Shown here: positions 36,615-51,478 of the stretch, one piece after another
Numbering within the stretch: the first letter of the stretch is position 1
Layout: each line of letters begins with the position of its first letter
Source of the DNA: Mobula hypostoma
Taxonomy: Eukaryota
Assembly (NCBI RefSeq): GCF_963921235.1
Contig: NC_086097.1
Span: 213,530,001-213,594,000, forward strand
DNA length: 64,000 nt
Direction: 5' to 3'
Position numbers and translations under genes: made by a program
Notes under the pieces: generated by a model
Told to the model about the DNA's origin: nothing
The model's input: the letters and a program-made list of their open reading frames with translations, nothing else
Database searches by the model: none

Positions 36615-39600
36615 GTATTTTTAAATTACTTTGATCAGATCTTGAGCTTCCAGGGAACATTTGTGAATGCCAAGAAGTTAAATAAGTAAATTTTAGTTAA
36701 GAACCAGAAGAGAATATTTCATAATTTTCAGCTGTAATAATAGAAAGAGATATAGGGGCTATGGCATTTATCCCTTGAGCTGATTCATCAGATAATTAAA
36801 CAATTACTGATACATCTCCACTCCATTTACACAACTTTGATTTACACCCCTTGACACTCTTAAAGCTGTTGATTCTAATTTTAAATTTCTGCTGATGTGG
36901 CTTTCACAATCTATCAGGTGAAGTGCTTCAGTGTGGTTTTCACCAAATTCTGTGCAGAAGAATAAAATGCTTAGTTATTTTGCTCCTAATGACTATACTT
37001 TAATTTTATGGTTATGATCTCTGTACTGAATTCTCACCAGAAAAATCAAAGCCATTTATCATTTAAAATCCAGATAAGACCAATCAATTTTTAAATTGAC
37101 TTGAGAATGCTACCAAACTTATGCACCCTGACCTCAGAATTTAATCATTTAAGTCCTGACACAATTATAATAAATCTATACAATATTGTTGATGTCCAAA
37201 AATGGAATCATAGCATAATACAGCACAGGCGCAGCCCCTGTGGCCTAACTTGTCCATGCCAACCGAGATGCCTGCCTAAGCCAATTCTATTTGCATGCAT
37301 TTGGTCATGTCCCTCTAAACCTTTCCTATCCATACACTGTGTTGTTATTGTACCTGCCTTGATTACTTGCCCCAGCAGCTTGTTTCACCCTCTGGTGAAA
37401 ATTTGCCCCTCAGGTCCCTTGTAAAATAAATTTTGTCCCTTCCACCTTCAACAGCTGCCATCTAGTTTTCGATTGGCTCCCCCTGGAAAGAGACTGTGTG
37501 CTTTTACCCTGTCTATTCCTTGGAGTGTAGGAAACTGAGAGGCGACTTTATAAAGGTGTATAAAGTCATGAAGGGCACAAAGTACTAACCTTCCCAACCT
37601 CCATAACTCAGACAGTCAAGTCATCACAACATTCTCATAAATTCCTGTGCTTCAGTGAAACTGAAACTGAATTCAGTTCTCCAGGCAGGGTCTGACAAGA
37701 CAAGCAGAACTTCCTCACATTTAATTTTTTACTCTCTTGAGAGAGACCAGTGTTTAATGAACATGTACAGTAGCATTTAATGATCTAAGTGTATGGATAT
37801 TCAATCCTTCTGCTCCTGCATGGTTACAACTCTCTCAGTGTATCAGTAAATATTCCAATTTGTCTTTGTCTAATCCATAGTAAACAATCCCTCAGTTCAT
37901 ATTGTAGAGTTCAGGTCTATATTACAGAAAGGATGTAAATGCGCAGGAAGAGGTACAAAGTAGATTAACAGTTCTGGTTTAAATCCAGTTAATCTGTCAA
38001 GTGGAACAGTTGTGAAAGATCAAACAGACTGGTTAGAGTTATTAGGTGATAGATGGATGTGTAGAAAACTTCTGCAATTATGTGGTCCAAAACTTGGAGT
38101 CATTAATAAATCATGAAATTCCATATCCAGAAAGCTATATCAGGTGAATATGTGAGACCAGATGAGGGGGAAGATAGGGGAGATGAAAAAAAAGCTGTGT
38201 TGTGATAGGTGGAAGAGGTGCTGATGAAAGATGCAGGGAGGTTAGGTATGTGTGGAATGAGGCTACCATGCAGTATAACCATTGGCACTCATGAGGGAAC
38301 TTAATGAAATTTCTTGTTCTAAATTTTATACAACTATATTTCTCATTCCTGTGTGACAAGGACACTTTATCAACAGTCACATTGCTAGAGAAAAAAGTAA
38401 TTACTGTTAGTAATTACTTCAAAATCTAATAATTTTAGTGCAAAACCCACCTTTTATGAAAAGTATACTAAGCTTGTTGAAATCTTTTTAAATTTTTTAA
38501 ATATCAAACAGCATGATGAGGGAGATTGAGGTGTCCAAATCAGGCACTATATTTTTAGTGAAAATTTGGTTATAATGGGTGAAGTCTTGTTTTAATAACA
38601 AGAAATAAGGTTATTTTAACCATAAAAGGACAATACGTTTTGATTAGTTAACAATGAATATAGATTAAATTATTGTATATTTGTTAAATGCCAGCATGCT
38701 AGTTTAATATTACATCATTCATCCAAGTATAATAAAATTCTTAGGATTTTCCTAACATATCACAAAATTTGATATTTTTGGTAGCCCTTAAATCACTGCT
38801 GTGTTTTTCAAGTGTACTGCCACTAATCTTGTTTCCATTGTTTTTCTGCTTTGTGTCTATCCAAAATAGTGCTGTTTGATTTCTTATTTTTATGTCATAT
38901 TCTTGAGACCATGTTCACTGTTGTCCTTTTGAGTGTGACTACACTTCATTCTACTCTTTTCTATTTTCCTATATCCACACAATTGCTAGTGGTGTCCCAC
39001 ATGAATTCCTACTTGGTTCCCTCCTGCGCTACATATTCTGTCATGGGATGTGGGCATCGCTGACTAATTTTGGCCCTAATTGCGTTCCAGAGGTGGATGT
39101 GTGTCACCTTTTTGAAATTCTGTAATCCTTCTGGAGGTAATCACTTACCTGTAGTAGGCAAGGACTTACAGAATTTTAATCTGTGACAAAGAATTATAAT
39201 CTGCGACCATGAAACAGCAGTATATTTCATGTCAAGGTGGTGCATAAATTAAAGAGAAGTTCCAAGTTGTAATTTTCTCATACATTTGTTGCCTTTGTCC
39301 TACCTGGTAACAAATGCAATTTTGAAGATGGCAGTGAATTTTCTTTTAGTTTATACTTAACTGAAGCCACAGAGTACCAGAGGGAGGAAATGAATATTGA
39401 AGGTAATGGATGAGTCCCAATCAAGCAGGTTAGTTACAGTGTCCTACATTTCACTTCAGAGGAAAGTATTGCTCTGTGATAAACAGTGACACTTTTAAAT
39501 GTACTTCACCCCACATGACTCCAGTCTCTAAATTGTCTGACTGGTCACCTTGCTTACTCTACTAATGTGATGAAGTTTACTCCGCAGAAGTATTCATAAA

Positions 39601-40501
39601 TATGATGCCATCATTTTTAATTCAGAAAATGCTGGAGGAACTCAGCAGGTCTGGCAGCATCTGTGGAAAGGAATAAAGAGTTGAAGTATTGGGCTGAGAC
39701 AGCTAATGTTTTTTTCTAATTCCTACTGCTGATTATGTTCTTCTTGGCAGCTATCTTAAAATGTGAACTAGGCCATTAGCAGTCTTGCTATCACATTTGA
39801 TACTGAAGTGAGATTCAGACCATCACCAAGGCTGCTTATTTCCATGTCCAAAATATCTGCTGAAACCTTCACCCACCCACTTGTTGCCTCATCCAATGTC
39901 CTTCCTACTGCTTCTCATTGCAATTCTTAATGGCTATCAATTTAAAAGCATATATTTTCTTAAGCTGTTATAAGCTTCACTAGGCTTTTGTCGTCTGTTT
40001 GAGATGTGAATCTGAAAGAGTGGGCAGAACAATTGGAGGAGAAAGTAGGTGGGACATCAAGTAAAGGGAAAATAAAATCAAGCTGGCTGAGAGGGCCAAA
40101 GGGGGGAGAGAGGAAAGAACAGAAGCAAGAGATGCTATGATATACTTACCTCGCTTAACCAGGATTGATGGAAAGGTGTAGATTTTAAGAACAGGTGAGG
40201 AAAAAACTGAGGAATCAGTGGAACTGGTGAAGATAAACTGATGAAGTCAAGCAGGGTAACCAGGTAGTTTCCAGAAGCAGAAGTACAAATACTGATAGAG
40301 AGAGAACAAAAAAAATCAAGAGATAAAGATATTACAACAGCCGCATTGAGGAAGGAATAAAGAGATTAAAGCAAGAGCAATGCAATGATTACATTTTATT
40401 TCAGGAAGTTGAAAACTATGCAATCTGTGCACTAATTAGTTTGTGGGTTTGTGTGTTCTATGCTAGGATGATTGTAACTTGTACATTTGTTCTTCTCATA
40501 G

Positions 40502-40661
40502 GTTTGTCTGCGCCAGTGCCCAGAGGGAGGAAAGGAAAGAAAGTTAAAAGCCAGTCCACTCAGCCGATCATGAAAAATGCTGATTGGCTTTCGAGTTGCA
40601 ACCCAGATATCTTACTGCACGATGATGGTTACAAGAAACATCTTAAGCACCACTGCAACAA
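40502..40661 (+). CDS. CHD7: CHD7 coding exon (approx. 23)
   Basis: catAG...GTgagt; [13 protein letters not shown]...[10 protein letters not shown]; 160 nt. Confidence 0.95.
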
Positions 40662-41401
40662 GTGAGTTTTAGTTACAGTTTGCGGGCAAAGTAAATATCA
40701 ACTGAAGGAAGGATCTTGAATCTTATTTTTGTTATTTTAAATTTACGAGTTTAATCATTTTTGGCTCATTTGTACAATTCATTTGTATTTGTGATTAGCA
40801 TTTTAATAACGTGCCTTCTTGTTACTGTCTTTGGAAACTACTTCAGAAATGTGCATTAAATACTGCTTGGAAACCCATGTTTTCAATAAAGGTGTAAAAT
40901 AGACCATTGTTTGTAGTGAGACACTTGAAATTAGATTTTTGCATATCTATCTTTTTCAGCTACTAATGTAGCTGCTCATTATTCTAAACATAAAGCTGCT
41001 TCAGAAGATAGTATGCAACAGCTGAGGAAATTGCATGAGATAATGGAGCAGAACGCCTACTGCAAGCCATCTGCTCGGTTGTTTACAAACTTACTTGAAC
41101 ACTTCAGAAGCACTGGCAACATACACGTTAAACTTCACAAACTGAATTAGGCATTACTGAAAGAAATGTGTCTGGGCTGCACAGCACTGTGCTCAGTATG
41201 TTGAAAGTGGTTGCCAAGCATGGCTGTTGAAAGCCAGCAAAAGCACCACACAGAGGTGATTATATGCCACCATCTGTCATGCTTCAAGCCTACCATACAG
41301 CATAGCTAATCAGCCTTGGCAGAATGATGGATGAACAGAAGCAGCTGCCAAAAGCTAGTGTTGGCAAACAGTGCTAATGTTCAAACTTTCTTCCTCTACA
41401 G

Positions 41402-41491
41402 AGTCCTACTGCGGGTGCGGATGCTGTATTATTTGAGGCAGGAAGTGATAGGCGATGTAGCAGACAAGATATTTGATGGTGCAGATGCAAG
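41402..41491 (+). CDS. CHD7: CHD7 coding exon (approx. 24)
   Basis: tacAG...GTcagt; [17 protein letters not shown]; 90 nt. Confidence 0.94.
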
Positions 41492-42667
41492 GTCAGTGAA
41501 ATGTGTCAGTGGGATCTTTATCATGGTTTTTGATTGGTATGTAGACACAGAAAAAAAATTCCTTGATTTAAACTAAGCCCCCGTGTTTAGTTTTGTTTAA
41601 AGAAAGATTTCCTAATAGTTGAATGTATTTCAGTTTGTATTCAATACTCTGTCCAGCCTGAAATCTACAAATGGGGATTGTGGGTGATTGTCATGATGAG
41701 CACTGTAAGATGTTGTTTTAAATAGCAGAATTAATCCTGCAAAGTTTATTTCAGTGTAAAAAAAAAATTGATGAATCTAGTGCATTATTTGTGATGAACA
41801 ATCTGGAGGCTTAAATGTTTAAAAACCAACACCTGGACGCAATTCGGGTTAAACTGATCTGTCACTACATTTCTGAGATAAATATTGGGGAAACGAGCCA
41901 GCAGTTTCTGTTGAAATTTCAAATCAGTAAAGTCTAAAATTTTGAGGATAAGAAACAAAGTTAAATGAGCAATCTGCATCCAGAGCTCGTTTACTGATTT
42001 GACTCTCTATTCATAATCGTCCAATGGAACATGTGGCCATGTAATACTGAATTCATCTATAGCTTGGTACCTTTTCTATTGGTCTGACTCCATGCTGTTG
42101 CAAACCCAACTTGTTGGATGATCCAAAGTGCCTTTTGATGTTCATTTAATCTTTATCAATAGATAGATTTTAATGAAAATATAAGTTACGGTAAAATTTA
42201 AGCAGATTTTTAATATGCAAGAGCTTCTAGATCTTAAAATATGAATAGTGATAACCAGTTACTAGGTGGAGCATTGCCTGAAAAAAAATTTCCTTGCCTG
42301 GTTTGTTAATCTTTCCTAGTGTTACTGATGTAAATTGAATTCAAAACTCATTTTAGTCGTATTGAATACTAAATTTGTTAAATCATAGGCATATGAATTA
42401 AACTTCCCCAGTTTTCATACTGACCAGCGACCTTTTAGTTTTGACGTCTCTTTGTCCATGTTTTTCCTGAGCAAGGATGTTCAAATAATGTGCACTTCAT
42501 CATGTGACTCTGTACTCAGTAAGATGCAAATATAAAGTCCAATCCAAATTTGATAAACCTTGCAGATTTGCTTTTCACCAACTGATTGTAAGCTTGCCTA
42601 TATAATTTAAATCAAAATGCAATATTAATAGAATTGAACAAACTTTGCCTTTATGCTAATTCCAATA

Positions 42668-43154
42668 TTATCATCATCAAATGCCTCTTGTTCCCCTAGC
42701 ATTTAGGGCAGCAATGGAGGTCCTCCATCTTTGTCTGCCCTTAGCCATCTTTGTCTGCCCTTAGCCATCTTCGTCTGCCCTTAGCCATCTTCTCCATTGT
42801 ACTCCAAGTATGGTTCAGGGTCGTGATCTTGGCACTGTTCAGTGCTTCCTTCATCCTGCCAGTAGCTTCCTCTCAGTTTACAATGCTATCAGTTATGCAA
42901 ATCCCGAAGATATAGGCTTCTTCGTTGCTGTTTCCTTAACAATTTTTTTTAAACCAGTCAGGATTGTTAGTCCTGAGCTAAACCCTCAAACCTGGAGAAC
43001 CTTAGCCAGACCTCTGCCCTTTGACCCATTTGGCATAGATGACCCTACCAAAAGTCAAAGCACAAGGCCCTTACTCCAGCTAACATAGCTTTCTGGTTCA
43101 TTGAGGCACGCAAGCCACCAAACTCTATGACAAGGTTGTGGTCCTCTTGGAGGA
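42668..43154 (-). mobile_element. Second short RTE-derived non-autonomous retroposon
   Basis: (GAT)n tail; head homologous to 5625-5762; tentative TSD CT(A/T)ATTCCA. Confidence 0.7.
42725..42791. repeat. 20-bp tandem repeat, about 3.3 copies
   Basis: CCATCTTTGTCTGCCCTTAG repeated. Confidence 0.9.
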
Positions 43155-43379
43155 CACTTATTCCATCCATTGTTTAATCTAATGAAGTGAAAAAAGTAGT
43201 TTGGACTTTTCATTACAAGACTCAGATGGATAGGCAGGCAATGTAATTGCTATACTTCAAAAGAAAGAATATCCAGAGAATTATACAAATAAGGAAGTAT
43301 TGAAGACTTCATCTTTCACAGTTTGGAATATCCTAAGCATTTAATTAAAGAAGAAAGTTGAGTTGAGTGTTCGTAATAA

Positions 43380-45650
43380 GATAGAGATCAGGTGCTGCTA
43401 ATTGAAGACGGAAACTGAGCCCACAGGTGGATAATTTGCAACAGATGAAGGGAGTTGGTTATCTGAAGCTGTAGAATTGGGGATCAAGTCTGGAAGATGA
43501 TGAGGTTCTGTTCACCAAGCTTGTGTTGGTATCATTAGAATGGGGTCGGAGGTCACAGGTCAGAGTGGATTCTTCGTAAGTCACGGAGACTATGTTGTGA
43601 ATACCAAATCCAGGGCTCTTAAGTTGAAAAACATTCAAGTGAGTTACTGCTACATTTGCCAGGACTGTTTGGCTTCTGGATAGTTAGAATGAAAGAGATT
43701 AAATGATAGGTATGGCATCTCCTGCAGCTGCACGACAATGAACAAAAAGGAAGAGAATGGTTAGTGGAGGATGGAAGTCTGGACAAAGAACACCACGTCA
43801 CAAGCCTATCAACACAGAAGCCAAACATTAGCTCTCAAACTCGTCCTCATACCTCCCTCTAGGCCATAATCCCACAAATGAAAGTCAGGACATTGTTTCC
43901 CAGACCATCAGAAGTCTCATTTTGTTGGGAGATTTACCCTCCGTAGCACAGCTCACTGTATCTTGTCAAAGATCCACAAGCAGTCTGGGCACAATTATAG
44001 TTTTGGCCTGCTCTGCCCCACTAAACTGATTTCTTCCTGTTTGACTCCATCCTTTCCCTCTGTCCTGTCCCTTCCAATCTATATTTTTTTGCCTTCCACA
44101 CTGGCTTTTTCTGCTTTTCTTTGTCCTTACCATGAATATCCAATATTTCTACACTTCTCTTCCACAGTATTCTGAGAGCCCTGCCCCCTGAATTGACCCA
44201 TTCATCCAGCTGAATTCATCCTCACCTTGCTCAACTTCTCTTTAAACATCACTAAACTAAAGATATAACTATGGGATTTGGTGTGGGCTCAATATTTGCT
44301 CCTCTTTTTGTGGGATAGAGCTTCATGAACTCAAATTTTTTTAAAAAATCATGGCTTTAGCTGCCATTTTCCACCTTACTCTTACCTTCATGTGGTCCAT
44401 TTTGACTTTTGGGTAGAATCCAGATAAAAATGCGGATAATTTATCTCATCAATACCTTTCTCCTACTTTGCAGTTTTTAAGGACTCCATTCTATTCTCCC
44501 AGTTTTCCCCCTCCATCATATTTACTCCGATGACTGGAATTCTCACAGAGGTGCCTCTGAAATCTGTCTTTAAACCTTGATAGAGTCCTTAACTGCATCT
44601 CATCTCTTGCGTACACCTCTGCTCTCACTCCCTCTTCTCGTAAACAGTAGAAGCTCTTTATAGCAGCCTCCACAATCAACAGATCTTTGATAACTTCTGC
44701 CAGATTCAGCAAGATTCTACCACCTATAGATCTTTATTTTCTTTTCAACATTTTGAAAGGGCTTTTCCTTTCTAAATCCTAGGCCCTCTTCATCTCCAAG
44801 CTCTCACCTGTTATTAAAATTTCCATGCAGCTTCAAATGATACCACACCTGTCTTTTTACCGCTTTCCTTCCCACCATTCATTGATCCAAACAGTCATTC
44901 AAATTAAGCAGTAATTAACTTGCAGTTCTCTGAATTTATGTATTTCGTCTGCAGGAGCAGTTCCAAACACCCGGTTGCTTGCTGATTCAATTGTCCAACC
45001 TACTTGTACTGTGACCTGCTTGTGGCCTCCTGTACTCTCATATTGATGCTCAGTGTAAGGTTGAAGAACAATACCATGTGTGACTGAAAGCTCGCCATTT
45101 CTGCAGTAAATGATGCTGGCTCAGTTTTACTTCTATTAGTTTAGTCTGTGACATTTGGGATGGATTTAGCACGTTTTCACATCCCTTTGTCAAAAGACAT
45201 CAAACTGTTGAGAGAATTCAGCAGGTCAAGCAGTATGTGTGTGTGGGGGCGAGGGCGGTTGTAGCAATTGATGATTTTCAGGTCAAGAGCCTGAATCAGG
45301 ACTTGGTCTTATCTCCTTTGTCTGTAACTAATTCCCTCATTACCCTCAGCTCAGCTTGTGCTCTGCCTTTCCCTTCTACTAACTGTTTCAATTGACCCCC
45401 CCCCGCAATTGAGTGACCTTTACAACTTAACCCATGACGTATTTAGACCTGCCTTATCAGAGAGATTCCCTTTGTCCTATCCATATTTCTTCCACCTTCT
45501 CTGCAATGTAAAAATAGTTTTCTTTTTCAGTTCTGATGCAGGGTCTTCAACCTGAAATGTTCATCATTTATCTTACTGTAGATTCTACCTGGCCAGCTGG
45601 AAGTTTAAACTAAAATATTTTTATTTCAGATTTCAAACATCGCAGCTTCT
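43380..45650. mobile_element. Old, heavily decayed Penelope-like element with inverted segments
   Basis: Degenerate similarity to 8930-10750 (e.g. ACCTCTGCTCTCACTCCCTC, CCCACCATTC...CCAAACAGTC); hammerhead remnant CTGATGCAGGGTCTTCAACCTGAAATGTT at ~45533. Confidence 0.65.
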
Positions 45651-46982
45651 TTCATTTTCACTTGGGATTTATATTTGATAAGTAATGAAATATGCTCTGT
45701 AATTGGCACAGGAACTGTTAATGTTCATTGTTTGCCTAAATGTAGACTGAAAATGCAGTTTCAAAATGTATGTATACCTTTGAGGAGATTTGTAGATATA
45801 TAGTTAATACAGTGAAGGCCAGCATCATATAGGGGAGAAGTAATGCACTCTAAGAATGGATTTGTAGTCTGCAAATTTCAGTGTATAAATGTGAAGTTGA
45901 TTTTGCTGGAGAAAAATGATGTTATTTGCTTTCTTGAAAGACTGAGTTGTAGACAACCAGAATGAGGCATACTTTAGTGGCAGCACAGGTTAGAAAGGAC
46001 ATACGAATGCATCAGTATGTTGGGATTTTTTTCTAGCAATAGAAACTGAAAAGATATATATATGCAATATATATCTGCAACTGGTTTAATCAATCAGAGA
46101 TGCAAATAATTATTAAAGGATGCCGTTTTTGAACATGGTACTAAATAAAGGTCAGTTGGGATTACTGATCATGTGCATCATAAAACTTATAAGCAAGACA
46201 TTTTACATGACTTAAGTTCAATTGTGGAAAGGAAAACAGATGGACTTGAAGTAGAAACGAGAGTGAGCCAGGTGCCAAGTTTCTGACATGAACTGAAATT
46301 GACTTGAAGCTGGCTGCCAAGCATCCTTTTTATTCCTTGCTAGCAGAGTCCACACTGTAACCTCTGTCAGCCTTTTCCACAGTTCAGCTTTAACTTATGT
46401 TTGCTTGTTAGAGCAGTTTCCAATTAAATTTAATATTTAAGGTGGCTACATGCATTACTTAATGTATCAGAAAAGTCCTGGATTTGATTCAAATCTCTGC
46501 CAAATTTATCTCAATCTCCATAAATGTTGCTATCATGAACATGTTTACATTAAGGATTTTATGAGATGCTTTTTTAATAAGATGCAATTTTCTTTAGTTG
46601 TAGAATGTTTTAAAATTGATAGTTAAGAAATGTTGAGTGAGATAGAGTATTTTTCTATCAAAGAATGTGAAAGCTTAGTAATAAATGTTTTTGATTAGAT
46701 ACTATATTCCATTAAATGCAGTGAGAAGGAAGTCAAATCGCTCGAATGTGAAAACTAAAACTGGCATAATTTTCTAAATTGTAGTTAATCTTTTGTTGTA
46801 TTGAATTATTTTTTTGACATTAATATTAATGAAAATGAAATGGCATTTGCCTCTTTGAGCTTGCATTTTTGAATACTTTAGGATTCCTGTTTCATGATTG
46901 AATAAATGTCAATATATAGCTTAATTTTGTTTTTTTTTTGAGAAACAGCTTTCATTTACACATTGAGACTTTATCTATTTAG

Positions 46983-47086
46983 TGATATGGATATCTGGAT
47001 CCCAGAAATCGATCACGGTGAACTTCCTACAGATTGGTGGGATCGGGAGGCTGATAAATGCCTTCTTATTGGAGTATTTAAGCATG
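46983..47086 (+). CDS. CHD7: CHD7 coding exon (approx. 25); not in ORF track
   Basis: tttAG...GTatg; [34 protein letters not shown]; 104 nt. Confidence 0.94.
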
Positions 47087-48129
47087 GTATGTAATTACGT
47101 CTTTTATTAATACCCCAATCAAAGTGTGAAATGTAACTACTTAATGTGTCACTCCATGTTCCAAGTATGTCACTTGGAATAGCTCCAAGTGCAATTCTAG
47201 GTATGTTTAAGTTAAATCATAATTTTCATGGGAAAAAATTATTATCTTTGGCACTAGGAGGAATGCAAGCTAGTTTCAGTCCAGCCACTATTACAGAAAG
47301 GTTTGCATATTGTGGATGTCAGGATGAAGATGCAAGGCCTAGGGTTTGAAATGGCTTAAATATCATAGGGTGGGTGGGGGAATTATGAGGTAAATAATCA
47401 GATAAAAAATTGTAGCTGTAATTCACATTGATAAAAGAGTTTGCAAATTTAAAGGTCAAGTATTTTATTTGAAAATGGGAAAATAAATTGCAGAATAAAA
47501 AAAGTTCAGAAGGATGGAAGTACTCGTTGGGCCAGATAGCATTCATGGAAGGATGAAGGGGCTATTATCAGTCATTGAGGTTGGATTTTAATTGCAGTGA
47601 GGGCAATGTGAGTAGAATGGATAGCATAAACCAAGTGGCAGGTGTCCTGAAACTCAACTCAACATTAAGCTTGTGGAACAGCATGTAGCCTGTTGGAGGA
47701 GCTCAGTGGGTCTAAGAACATCTGTATGGGTTTTTTTTGGGGGGGGTGGAATCAGGATCGTTGAAGTTTCAGGAAACTTTGCATCAGGCCAGTAGAAACA
47801 CAGAAGAGGAGCAGTTTGAGAAGGTCTCACAGAGCTTCCACACAGAAATTTGAAGACTGAACAGAGCTGTTTAGCAAAGCTGTTCGTTTTGTCCATTGTA
47901 GAGGATACGGTATTATTTTTCGATCAAAAAAAGTGCTTTTGACCCTTAAGAGGTAATGCGTGACCGCAGAGGATAGTATTTGAGGATATTGGTGTTAGAG
48001 GAGTTAATTTGGGTGTTCTGAAAGGAATGGACTTTTCAAAGAACAGAGAGGCAGATGTGCTACAATCACCAAATCCATGTTGAAGGCTTTGAGATTTGTA
48101 GTCTACTGAAAGATGGAACTGTGACTTTC

Positions 48130-49817
48130 AAGACCGGTGCTCCAGAATTATACAAGATGACCAGGTTTGACCAATGGAAAGCAACCTTAGAGTGAAAAAA
48201 CAATTCCAATTGAGACAAGAGACAGAATCGGATGCACATCAGCTCTGGCTATATTTGCAGCCCATTCCTTCCTACAAGGTGAAACCTAAAATCTTGAATG
48301 GCATTGATGCTTCACTCCCAGATGAGCTCAATACCTTTTGAGCACACTTTGAAAGGGAGAATAAAATTATATCTATTTGAATTCTTGCAGCATCTGGTGA
48401 CCCTGTGATCTCTGTCTCGGAGGCCGACTTCAGAACATCTTTGAAAAGGGTGAACCCTCATAAAGCATCAGGTCCTGATGTGGTTGGGCTGTGAAAACCT
48501 GTGCTGACCAACTGGTGGGAGTGTTCGAGGACATCTTCAGTTTCCCACTGCTGCATGTGGGGGTTTCCACTTGTTTCATAAAGGCGACAATTATACCAGT
48601 GTCCGAGAAGAGCAGGGTGAGCTATCTCCATGACTGTGACCCAGTGGCACTCACATTTAAGAGGTTGGTCATGGCTAGAATCAACTCCTGCCAAAGCAAG
48701 GACATGGACCTGCTGCAATTTGCCTATTGCCACAACGGATCGACGAGCTTTCCACTTGGATCACCTGGACAAGAGTAGTACTTACGCAATGATGCTGTTT
48801 ATTGACTACAGCTCAGTGTTCAACACAATCTAAAACCTGGCCTCTGTGCCTCCCTCTGCAACTGAATTCTTTACTTCCTCACTGGTAGACCACAGTCTGC
48901 GTGGATCAGAAATAACATCTTCTCGCTGACGATCAACACAGGTGCACCTTAAGAATACGTGCTTAGCCCACTGTTCTATTCTGTCTGTACACTTACGACT
49001 GTGTGGCAAGGTGCAGTTCAAACAGCATCTATAAATTTGCTGATGACACAACAATTGTTGGTAGAATTTGAGATGGTGATGAGGAGGCATACAGTGGTCA
49101 TGTCATGTCATGTCGTAGCCACAACCTTGCACTCAGTGTCAGTATGCCCAAGAAATTGATTGTGGACTTCAGGAAGGGGAAGTTGAGAGAACACACACCA
49201 GTTCTCATCGAGGGATCAGATGTGGAAAGGGTGATCCGTTTCAAGATCCTGGTTGTCAGCATCTCTGAAGATCTATCCTGGGCCCACCATATTGATAGAA
49301 CTACAAAGAAGACATGACAGGGGTTGTATTTCATTAAGAGTTTGAGGAGAATTGGTATGATATCAAAGATACTCACAAATTTCTACAGAGGTACCATGGT
49401 GAGCATTGTAACTGGCTGGATCACCCTCTGGTATGGAGGGCACACTGCACAAAATAGGAAAAAGCTGCTGGAAATCATAAACTCAGCCAGGTCTCTCATG
49501 GGAACTAACCTCCCCAATATCCAGAGCACCTTCGAAAGGCGATGCCTCTAAAACAGTGGCATCCATCATTAAGGACTTACATCACCAAGACATGCCCTCT
49601 TCTCATTGTTACCATCAAGGAGGAGGTACAAGATCCTGAAGGCACACACTCAGAAGTTTCAGGAACAGTTTCTTCCCCTCTCTATTTGCACTACTTGTTT
49701 ATTTTTATGTATACTTATTGTAATTTATTGTTTTTATTACTGTGTATTATGTACTGTTATCACAAAACAATAAATTTCACGACATAAGGCAGTGATAATA
49801 AACCCGATTCTGATTCT
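48130..49817 (+). mobile_element. Decayed Rex1-type LINE
   Basis: LLQFAYC, IDYSSVFNTI, KFADD, LIVDFRKG motifs; (GATTCT)n tail. Confidence 0.85.
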
Positions 49818-51348
49818 CACAGAAATTGGTGAATACCAGATGCCTAATAAATGTGAAAGTTATTAGATTAAGATGGGCATTCCTCATTATGCTCTGAGGG
49901 AGGATGAAGTTGAGAACAGAAGTGCAAGAAATCAAACTAACAGCTGAAAGATCTGTAACCTATAGAGGAGAAGAATCTCAGTTTAGGAAAAGACTGATTT
50001 GAATCGAATTGACCTAATCTGTAAAATGTAACAAATTTCAAGTTGAACAATTTGTTTTTTGTCTCTTGTTGAAATACTTAAATGCTTCTGGTTGAATGAC
50101 TTGGATGCTGGGCACAATACTTTTAGAAACTCCAATAATGAAGGATATCTTCCAATTGCTCATTTTAAAATTATTTACAAAATGCACCTGTTTCAATAAT
50201 TTTAAAATTCAATGCATGTTTATGTTACTAAACTGCAACTATCTCTGCTTCCAGCTCTGCTCCTCTTGTTCTGCTTCTCTGCTCTAGCCCTGTATTGGAG
50301 TGAATAGTAGCTTAACCTTTGCTATTAATCTGTGTAAGTGCCTCCTGGGCCTTTTTCCAAGTAGTATTTCACAAATGTCAGCACTGAGACTTTCCCATTC
50401 CCTGTTGTGGAATACTGTCTTGTTAACTCTGAACCACTGGGATGCAGAACAGCCATGATGTATACAAAGAGCAGTTCCTAATCATAATCCAAATTCACTC
50501 GAGGTCACAGTAGAATTCTCTAGTGTGTGTCCTGACTAGGGGGGTAGACTGATGGCTTATAAAACCTTTCATGATTACAATTTGGCTTGAGGCTCAAAAG
50601 TACTTAAGAACAATGTGTCACAGTGCAGAACCTAATTGAATTATGCTGTTTTTGGTTGACTGAGGCAGTATTGCTCGTGGTCCAACTGAAGCAAGTCTAG
50701 CCTGACAATCATTTTCTCAGTTTTTTTTTCTGGAGCATGCAAATTTTTTTATGTTCTGTATTAATGGAAGTGCTATAACTAGCTCAAAAGATGCTGATAA
50801 TTTCCCCTTATTTTTAAGACTCATTTTTTGGTTGGCCAATTCCCCTAAAGTTTTGCAGTCAAATATCTTTTAATTAGTTATACACAAATTATGTTAGGGG
50901 AATTATTGTAAAGTTATTAGACCATAAGATATAGGAGCAGCATTAGGCCATTCTGCCCATCAAGTCTGCTCCACCGTTCCATTCCACCAATGATTCCGTC
51001 ATTGTTGCTATATTGTTTTACTTCTCTGTTCCCATTCAGTAATTAGCTTCAGACTTAAATACCTTGCAAAGTATTAAATGAGTGTTTATTTCAGTATTAA
51101 TTCTTAATTTCAGAGGCAAGTATATTCAAGGAAATGTCAAACTAATTATGTATTTCACTGTAAGTATGATCAAACTGAGGTACATTGAATTATTGAAATC
51201 ATAACTTTTATTCACTTTCTCCAACTTCCAGGAAATGTTTTTTATCCATGTGCATAAATATTTTGTTGTGCAAAAATAGAAGTTGATTTATATACAGTTA
51301 CGTTCACTGATTAAAATGTGGTTTTAAAAATTTACGTTTTTTGTTTAG

Positions 51349-51478
51349 GCTATGAAAAGTACAATTCTATAAGGGCAGATCCTTTATTCTGTTTCCTGGA
51401 GCGAGTAGGAATGCCTGATGCAAAGGCCATGGCTGCTGAACAGCGGGGAACAGATGTGCTGGCTGATGTTAGTGATGG
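51349..51478 (+). CDS. CHD7: CHD7 coding exon (approx. 26)
   Basis: tttAG...GTaagt; [33 protein letters not shown]; 130 nt. Confidence 0.94.

Noticed and set aside
42725..42791. CRISPR-like direct repeats (also 36145-36262)
   Set aside because: Head-to-tail repeats without unique spacers, in eukaryotic DNA, with no cas genes
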